Of a stretch of 64,000 bases of DNA, positions 58,292 to 64,000 are shown piece by piece. Numbering within the stretch: position 1 is the first letter of the stretch; each line of letters starts with the position of its first letter. The notes under the pieces were generated by a model. It searched no databases. It saw only the letters and a program-made list of their open reading frames with translations, and was not told where the DNA came from. Position numbers and translations under genes: made by a program. Origin of the DNA: Bacteroidetes bacterium UBA3022. Lineage in GTDB: Bacteria > Bacteroidota > Bacteroidia > Chitinophagales > BACL12. The stretch lies in NCBI GenBank assembly GCA_002346225.1, contig DDYY01000079.1, positions 4,394 to 68,393 of the forward strand. The letters are read 5' to 3'.

Positions 58292-58404
58292 GACAGTTGG
58301 TTTTGTCGGATTTTTGTAAAAATCTTACCAAATGTACCGAAAATACGCTTAGAATCAAAGGAACAGTACAGCAGCAGATTTCTACCTTTGCGGTAACAAT
58401 AGCC

Positions 58405-59088
58405 ATGAAAAACAAATCGAGCATCCTACTGATAGCCTTACTTTCGGGAAGTACCGGCGCCAGTTTGCAGTTAAGCGGAAGAAATAAAGAAGGCTGGCGT
58501 TTACTCCTGATCAGCTGGTTTGTGCTTCCTGCCGTTTTATGGGTAGCCATTACCCAAACCTCTTTGAATATCTCCATGTTGCGCACCATTTTTGTTGCAG
58601 CCATTCTCTGCATTCACCTGTCTCTGGTATTCTTTCATTGGCGGAGTGGAAGCAAAGAAGATACACAATATGGTTCGCGATGGAGCAGGGTAGCTCTCTC
58701 CTGCGCTGCAACCGCAGTGGCTATTTTCGTTGTTTCAGCATATGTATGGAAAGGACCTATTGTAGACACGAGTCAGGCTCAGCCGCTCTATCAGCTTTCC
58801 TCCACAGAATTGTCAAGTGCCTTTAACCATGACGAAAGTGCCTTCAGAAAAAAATACGACCGGAAAATTATTGCAGTTACCGGCACCGTAATTAGTCAGG
58901 GGGTTGATTTTTCAGAAGGTGCCTATCTCGCCTTAGAACCGGCAAATGGCAGCCCTGCTGATTTTAACTGCTATTTTCTGGCTGAAAGACAAGCTGATAT
59001 CACTAATATTGTACCAGGCGAAATTGTAACCGTAATCGGTGTGGTGGATGGCAGATTCCTTCGGAACTGCTACATTCAACAACCTTAA
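58405..59088 (+). CDS. membrane protein with a C-terminal OB-fold-like domain
   Basis: I prefer the ATG at 58405 (MKNKSSILLIALLSGS). There are about 4 TM segments. The C-terminus YDRKIIAVTGTVISQGVDFSEGAYLALE...GEIVTVIGVVDG resembles tRNA_anti-like OB folds; this family call is low confidence. Confidence 0.5.
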   Translation: MKNKSSILLIALLSGSTGASLQLSGRNKEGWRLLLISWFVLPAVLWVAITQTSLNISMLRTIFVAAILCIHLSLVFFHWRSGSKEDTQYGSRWSRVALSCAATAVAIFVVSAYVWKGPIVDTSQAQPLYQLSSTELSSAFNHDESAFRKKYDRKIIAVTGTVISQGVDFSEGAYLALEPANGSPADFNCYFLAERQADITNIVPGEIVTVIGVVDGRFLRNCYIQQP

Positions 59089-59103
59089 TACCCAATCAAA
59101 TAC

Positions 59104-59733
59104 ATGAAGCTGCCTTCTACCGTCATGGAAAATGCTGTTAACTCCTTTGCCCGTTTACCGGGAATTGGGAAGAAAACAGCATTAAGGCTGGTATTGCATA
59201 TGATGAAACAGGATAAGGATGTGGTACAGGGGTTTTCTGAAAGCATGCTGCGCCTGAAAGACAGCATTCACTATTGCGTTAAATGCCACAATATTTCAGA
59301 GGCAGAACTCTGTTCTATCTGCTCATCCGGCTCACGGAACAAACAACTTATTTGCGTTGTGGCCGGACTTCGCGATTTGCTGGCCATAGAAAACACCCAA
59401 CAGTATAATGGCACCTATCATATTATCGGGGGCGTCATCTCACCTGTGGAAGGAATTGGACCGGAAGCCCTGCAGATAGACAGCTTACTCAACCGACTGA
59501 AAAATGAAGATGTGAACGAGCTGATTATGGCGCTCAATCCAACCATTGAAGGCGATACCACTTCCTTCTATATTGCAGGCCAGGTAAAGCGTTCCCACCC
59601 GGAAATGAAAATTTCAACCATAGCACGCGGTGTGGCCTTTGGAGGTGATCTTGAATACACCGACGAAATAACTTTGGCCCGGTCACTCGCTGCCCGTCTT
59701 CCCTATCGCATAAACAAGGAGGATGAGTGGTAA
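59104..59733 (+). CDS. recR: recombination mediator RecR
   Basis: Has the HhH block LPGIGKKTALRL, the C4 zinc finger CVKCHNISEAELCSIC, and a Toprim domain. Confidence 0.92.
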   Translation: MKLPSTVMENAVNSFARLPGIGKKTALRLVLHMMKQDKDVVQGFSESMLRLKDSIHYCVKCHNISEAELCSICSSGSRNKQLICVVAGLRDLLAIENTQQYNGTYHIIGGVISPVEGIGPEALQIDSLLNRLKNEDVNELIMALNPTIEGDTTSFYIAGQVKRSHPEMKISTIARGVAFGGDLEYTDEITLARSLAARLPYRINKEDEW

Positions 59734-61712
59734 AGCTGAGTGTCGTTATTGTTAATTATAACGTGAAGTATTTTGTGGAGCTGGCCATTTCAGCCGTGAT
59801 GGCTGCCAACAAAAATATTGCGACTGAAATTTTCGTCGTTGACAATTGTTCTACAGATGGAAGTGTTGCATTTCTGCAGCAGCGCTTTCCTTCCATTCAG
59901 GTCATTGCCAACAAAGAAAACGTAGGTTTCTCGGCTGCCAACAACCAGGCAATACGCATTTCTAGCGGCGAATATGTTCTGCTGCTCAATCCCGATACGG
60001 TTGTTGCTGAAGATACCTTCGAAAAATGCATCGCCTTTATGGAGCAACATCCTGATGCAGGTGGATTGGGCGTGCGGATGATAGATGGTACAGGGGCATT
60101 TCTGCCAGAATCCAAGAGAGCCTTCCCCGGCCCTGCAGTTGCCTTTTATAAAGCATTCGGTCTGTCCGGTCTGTTTCCTAAATCCAAAGTCTTTGGTGCT
60201 TATCATCTGGGATTTCTGGATGAAAAAGCCAATCACCCTGTGGATGTACTTGCCGGTGCTTTTATGATGATGCGGCGAAAAGTCCTGGACCACACCGGAC
60301 TGCTGGATGAACACTTCTTTATGTATGGTGAGGATATTGATTTGTCTTACCGTATTCGTCAATCCGGTCATACCAACTACTATCTTGCAGATGCTCCCAT
60401 TATTCATTTCAAAGGAGAAAGTACAAAAAAAGGCTCCCTGAACTATGTGCAGATGTTTTACAATGCCATGAAAATATTTGCCGGGAAGCACTTCTCCGGC
60501 AACAACAGAGGCATATTCGTAGCATTGATTAACCTGGCTATATACCTGCGTGCCGGCATAGCTGTGCTTACGAGAATATTTAACCGATGGGGTGTTGTTT
60601 TGCTGGATATCATCCTGATTTTCTTTTCCATGCTACTGGTTAAGGAATACTGGGAATATTATGTTCGCTACATAGACGGTGGAACCTATCCGCCCAGCTA
60701 CCTTTATATTAACATTCCTTTATATACATTTCTCTGGATTGTTTCTATTTATTTCAGCGGAGGATATGACAAAGGTGCAACTGTCGCACGCATATTGAGA
60801 GGCTTGCTTTGGGGAACCATTTTAATTGCAGCAGCATATGGTTTTTTCCCCGATAGTCTTCGCTTTTCGCGCGGAATGATAGTAGCCGGTGCAGCCGTTT
60901 CGGGAGCTGTGTTACTCCTTGCTCGCTTAATCACACACTTCATTCAAACGGGCAATATTCGTTTTGGAGAACAGGCCCTGAAAAGAATCATAATAGTTGC
61001 AGAAGAGTCTGAAGCAAATGCCGTCTACCAGCTCCTGGACAAGGGGGGATACAGTCTGCATATTTTAGGATTTGCCGGAGAGCCGGGTTCTGGCAAGCAC
61101 CCTATGCGCCATCTGGGAAAAGCGACGGACATTATTTCCTTGACACATATCTACCAGCCCGGTGAACTGATTTTCGTCGCCGGTGAACTTACCTACAAGC
61201 AAATAATTGAAAAGATGGATATGCTTGCCGGCAAAACCGATTTCAAACTGGTGGTACCCGGAGGATCTGCGATAGTAGGAAGCAATTCCAAAAATACCGC
61301 AGGCGATTTATACCTTTCTACCATCTACAGCCTGGGGCATGCTTACAACTTAAGGCTGAAGCGACTAATAGATGTTATCATGTCGCTGTTTATCTTGCTC
61401 ACTGCTCCGGTGCAATGGCTATTGGTACGACACCCCTTGCAATTGATGAAAAATGCATGGGCTGTATTAAGAGGTAAGTGCACATGGGTAGGTTACGCCA
61501 GCCCTCCGGCAGACATTCTATCTGAGGGTCTGCCACAGATTCCGCAAGGCGTACTATCGGCAGACCTTTTAGTTGAGCAACGAGCGTCGGCTACGCCGGA
61601 CCCACTGGTATTGGACAGGATCTATGCCAGGGAATATCAACCGGCTCATGACCTGCTCACTATTTTCCGGCTTTACAGGTTACTGGGTCGCAGGGGAAAC
61701 AGCCACGGCTGA
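59727..61712 (+). CDS. family 2 glycosyltransferase fused to a polytopic membrane region and a sugar-transferase-like C-terminus
   Basis: GTG start overlapping the recR stop. Contains the GT2 block LSVVIVNYNVKYF...VVDNCSTDGS...LLLNPDTVV, then TM segments. The C-terminal KRLIDVIMSLFILLTAPV...VLRGKCTWVGY resembles the bacterial sugar transferase motif but looks divergent. Confidence 0.7.
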   Translation: MVKLSVVIVNYNVKYFVELAISAVMAANKNIATEIFVVDNCSTDGSVAFLQQRFPSIQVIANKENVGFSAANNQAIRISSGEYVLLLNPDTVVAEDTFEKCIAFMEQHPDAGGLGVRMIDGTGAFLPESKRAFPGPAVAFYKAFGLSGLFPKSKVFGAYHLGFLDEKANHPVDVLAGAFMMMRRKVLDHTGLLDEHFFMYGEDIDLSYRIRQSGHTNYYLADAPIIHFKGESTKKGSLNYVQMFYNAMKIFAGKHFSGNNRGIFVALINLAIYLRAGIAVLTRIFNRWGVVLLDIILIFFSMLLVKEYWEYYVRYIDGGTYPPSYLYINIPLYTFLWIVSIYFSGGYDKGATVARILRGLLWGTILIAAAYGFFPDSLRFSRGMIVAGAAVSGAVLLLARLITHFIQTGNIRFGEQALKRIIIVAEESEANAVYQLLDKGGYSLHILGFAGEPGSGKHPMRHLGKATDIISLTHIYQPGELIFVAGELTYKQIIEKMDMLAGKTDFKLVVPGGSAIVGSNSKNTAGDLYLSTIYSLGHAYNLRLKRLIDVIMSLFILLTAPVQWLLVRHPLQLMKNAWAVLRGKCTWVGYASPPADILSEGLPQIPQGVLSADLLVEQRASATPDPLVLDRIYAREYQPAHDLLTIFRLYRLLGRRGNSHG

Positions 61713-61772
61713 AAAAATGCTGCTTTCAATTGGTGTACGTAACTTAGCGGTCTTAATTAGTGCACTATAACC

Positions 61773-63557
61773 ATGCAATCAGCAACCTTTTACCGCAGCC
61801 ACCATTGTGGAGAACTTCGCATAGAACATGCCGGAACTGAAGTTTTACTTTCAGGATGGGTTCATAGAAGCAGAGATTTAGGTGGTATGACCTTCATTGA
61901 TCTCCGCGACCGCCACGGAATGACGCAACTGGTTTTCAATATGGAAACCGCACCTGAGTTATGTCTCCAGGCGCGAAAACTGGGTAGAGAATTTGTTATT
62001 CAGGTGAAAGGGAAAGTGCAGGAGCGCAGCAATAAAAATCCGGGAATGCCGACAGGTGACATTGAAGTTGCTGTTGAAGAGCTAAGCGTATTGAATGCAG
62101 CCACCACCCCGCCTTTTACTATGGAAGACTACACAGATGGTGGAGAAGAGTTGCGGATGAAGTACCGATACCTCGATTTACGCAGACCGGCGATGCAACG
62201 CATCATGATTATGCGTTCCAGATTAATTGCTGCCGTTCGCTCCTATCTGGATGGTCAGGGATTTCTTGAAATCGAAACTCCGACGCTCATTAAATCTACA
62301 CCCGAAGGTGCCAGGGATTTTATTGTTCCCAGCAGATTGCAACCCGGAATGTTTTATGCGCTGCCACAATCGCCGCAAATCCTTAAGCAGCTATTAATGG
62401 TAGGTGGAATGGATCGTTACTATCAGATAGTTAAATGCTTCAGAGACGAAGATTTCCGCGGTGATCGTCAACCGGAATTTTCTCAGATAGACTGTGAAAT
62501 GTCTTTTGTTCGACAGGAGGATATCTGGAATATGTTTGAAGGTCTGGTGAAGCATGTGTTCAGAACAGTGAGCCAAATTGAGCTCCCCGACTTTATTCGG
62601 TTGCCCTACAGAGAAGCTATTGCCCTATTTGGTACCGACAAGCCTGATTTGCGGTTTGGCTGCCCGATCATTGAACTCAACGACGCTTTTTCAGGAACAG
62701 ACTTCGCTGTCTTCAATGATGTTATAGCCAACGAAGGGCTTATTGGCGGATTGCTGGCAAAGGGCTGTGCAGGTTACAGCCGGAAGCAGATCGATGCATT
62801 GACCGAATTTGTAAAAGCACCGCATCGCGGTGGAGGTGGCCTCATCTATATCAGGTATAACGAAGATGGTAGCATCAAGTCATCTGTAGACAAGTTCTTC
62901 AGCAGCGAGCAACTGGAGTCTATCCTGAAAGCTCATGACGCCTCACCGGGTGACATGCTGCTGATTGTAGCTGACAAAAAGAAAAAAACGCGAAAAATAC
63001 TGGGAGACCTTCGGCTGGAACTCGCTGCGCGGGAATCATGGATACCCAAAGACAGCTGGAGTGTTTTCTGGGTCGTGGACATGCCAATGTTTGAAGAAGA
63101 TGAAACCACCGGTGATCCTATTTTTGCCCATCACCCTTTCTGCGCACCGCATCCTGATGATGTCGACCTTTTTGATTCAGAACCGCTGCGCATCAGAGCG
63201 CAATCCTATGACCTGGTAATGAACGGTAATGAAATTCTGAGCGGCAGCATCAGAATTCACAATGCCGACCTTCAAAATAAAATATTTAATATACTTGGTT
63301 TCAGCGAACAGGAAATACAGGAACGCTTTGGCTTCATGGTCAATGCTTTCCAATACGGAGCTCCACCGCATGGCGGTTGTGCTTTTGGACTGGACCGCTG
63401 GGTAATGCTTATGGCTGGAGGAAACTCCATACGGGATGTAATCGCTTTCCCGAAAAACAACGGAGGAAAGGATCTCATGATGGATGCCCCTGCCATGGTA
63501 GACGAACAACAATTAGAACTACTGGGCTTAACTGTCAGGAGGGACCAGCATTCTTAA
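61773..63557 (+). CDS. aspS: aspartate--tRNA ligase
   Basis: N-terminal OB fold, class II motifs FRDEDFRGDRQPEFSQID and GGCAFGLDR, and the bacterial insertion domain. Confidence 0.95.
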   Translation: MQSATFYRSHHCGELRIEHAGTEVLLSGWVHRSRDLGGMTFIDLRDRHGMTQLVFNMETAPELCLQARKLGREFVIQVKGKVQERSNKNPGMPTGDIEVAVEELSVLNAATTPPFTMEDYTDGGEELRMKYRYLDLRRPAMQRIMIMRSRLIAAVRSYLDGQGFLEIETPTLIKSTPEGARDFIVPSRLQPGMFYALPQSPQILKQLLMVGGMDRYYQIVKCFRDEDFRGDRQPEFSQIDCEMSFVRQEDIWNMFEGLVKHVFRTVSQIELPDFIRLPYREAIALFGTDKPDLRFGCPIIELNDAFSGTDFAVFNDVIANEGLIGGLLAKGCAGYSRKQIDALTEFVKAPHRGGGGLIYIRYNEDGSIKSSVDKFFSSEQLESILKAHDASPGDMLLIVADKKKKTRKILGDLRLELAARESWIPKDSWSVFWVVDMPMFEEDETTGDPIFAHHPFCAPHPDDVDLFDSEPLRIRAQSYDLVMNGNEILSGSIRIHNADLQNKIFNILGFSEQEIQERFGFMVNAFQYGAPPHGGCAFGLDRWVMLMAGGNSIRDVIAFPKNNGGKDLMMDAPAMVDEQQLELLGLTVRRDQHS

Positions 63558-63643
63558 CCACATGTTAACTAAACATTAAATTCACATAGAAAAGGCGTCG
63601 TTGATGGTGGTACCATTAATTTTGCGCTCCAAATTGATAGCTA

Positions 63644-64000
63644 ATGGGCATTGATCAAATTCTTCGATTCTTCTCCCCCAAAGACAGGGTATTCTTCCCG
63701 TTGTTCATAGAAGCATCTGAGAACCTTGTGAATATGTCCAATCTTCTGCTGGAGACCGTTCAGGAATCTGATTTAGTCAAGCGCAACCGGCTTATCAAAG
63801 AGATTGAAAATGCCGAACACAAGGGCGATGATATCAACCATGAAATAACCGGACAACTCAATACGGTCTTTATAACACCGTTCGACCGCGAAGACATCCA
63901 CTATCTATCTACTTCCATCGATGATATTGCAGACAGAATAAAAGATGCTGCGCTGCGTATAAAACTTTATCAGCCGGCTAAAATGCCGCTGTCTCTTATT
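63644..64000 (+). CDS. DUF47 (PhoU-like, TIGR00153) family protein; the 3' end runs off the right edge
   Basis: My translation from ATG 63644 is MGIDQILRFFSPKDRVFFPLFIEASENLVNMSNLL...IENAEHKGDDINHEITGQLNTVFITPFDREDIHYL. This matches the DUF47 pattern usually found upstream of a Pit phosphate transporter. The frame is open to 64000. Confidence 0.7.
   Translation, partial: MGIDQILRFFSPKDRVFFPLFIEASENLVNMSNLLLETVQESDLVKRNRLIKEIENAEHKGDDINHEITGQLNTVFITPFDREDIHYLSTSIDDIADRIKDAALRIKLYQPAKMPLSLI

Noticed and set aside
1-64000. Search for CRISPR arrays, IS elements, integrases, prophage or known defence genes.
   Set aside because: I found no regularly spaced short repeats, no transposase or recombinase motifs, and no phage structural genes. 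The only repeats found are the tRNA-flank pair and the paralogous gene families reported above.

Overview
This window looks like mostly core chromosome from a Bacteroidota-type bacterium. The phylum call is an inference from three things: several proteins end in T9SS-type C-terminal sorting domains, a DUF4290-like gene sits directly upstream of murA, and the dcw cluster has the order mraZ-rsmH-ftsL-ftsI-murE-mraY-murD-ftsW-murG-murC-ftsQ-ftsA-ftsZ with no murF or ddl. That cluster fills 14.2-29.6 kb on the minus strand.

Other housekeeping genes are glpK, lpdA, pgk, gap, tRNA-Glu(UUC), grpE-dnaJ, murA, a split transketolase, uvrB, bcp, recR and aspS. I found no CRISPR array, transposase, integrase, prophage gene or recognisable defence gene.

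The less ordinary parts are:
- Two paralogous secreted vWA proteins sit inside the split-transketolase operon.
- An outer-membrane barrel, an Omp85/POTRA protein and a flavin amine oxidase form one gene string. The oxidase has both a Tat-like signal and a T9SS-like C-terminal domain.
- Four tandem paralogs of an LGTEGQG-motif outer-membrane protein are present. One is interrupted by a single in-frame TAA at a conserved Tyr.
- A small cassette lies immediately 3' of tRNA-Glu: a four-helix-bundle (23S rRNA IVS/Avd-like) gene and a GIY-YIG gene, each preceded by a copy of the same repeat.
- An asparagine-synthase-like protein without the N-terminal Cys is paired with a DinB-like gene.
- Three GTGGG repeats spaced 10 bp apart lie upstream of mraZ.
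- MurA has Asp where the fosfomycin-target Cys normally sits.

None of these is demonstrably a new system from sequence alone. All functional calls rest on motifs I recognised by eye in the translations; no database search was run.
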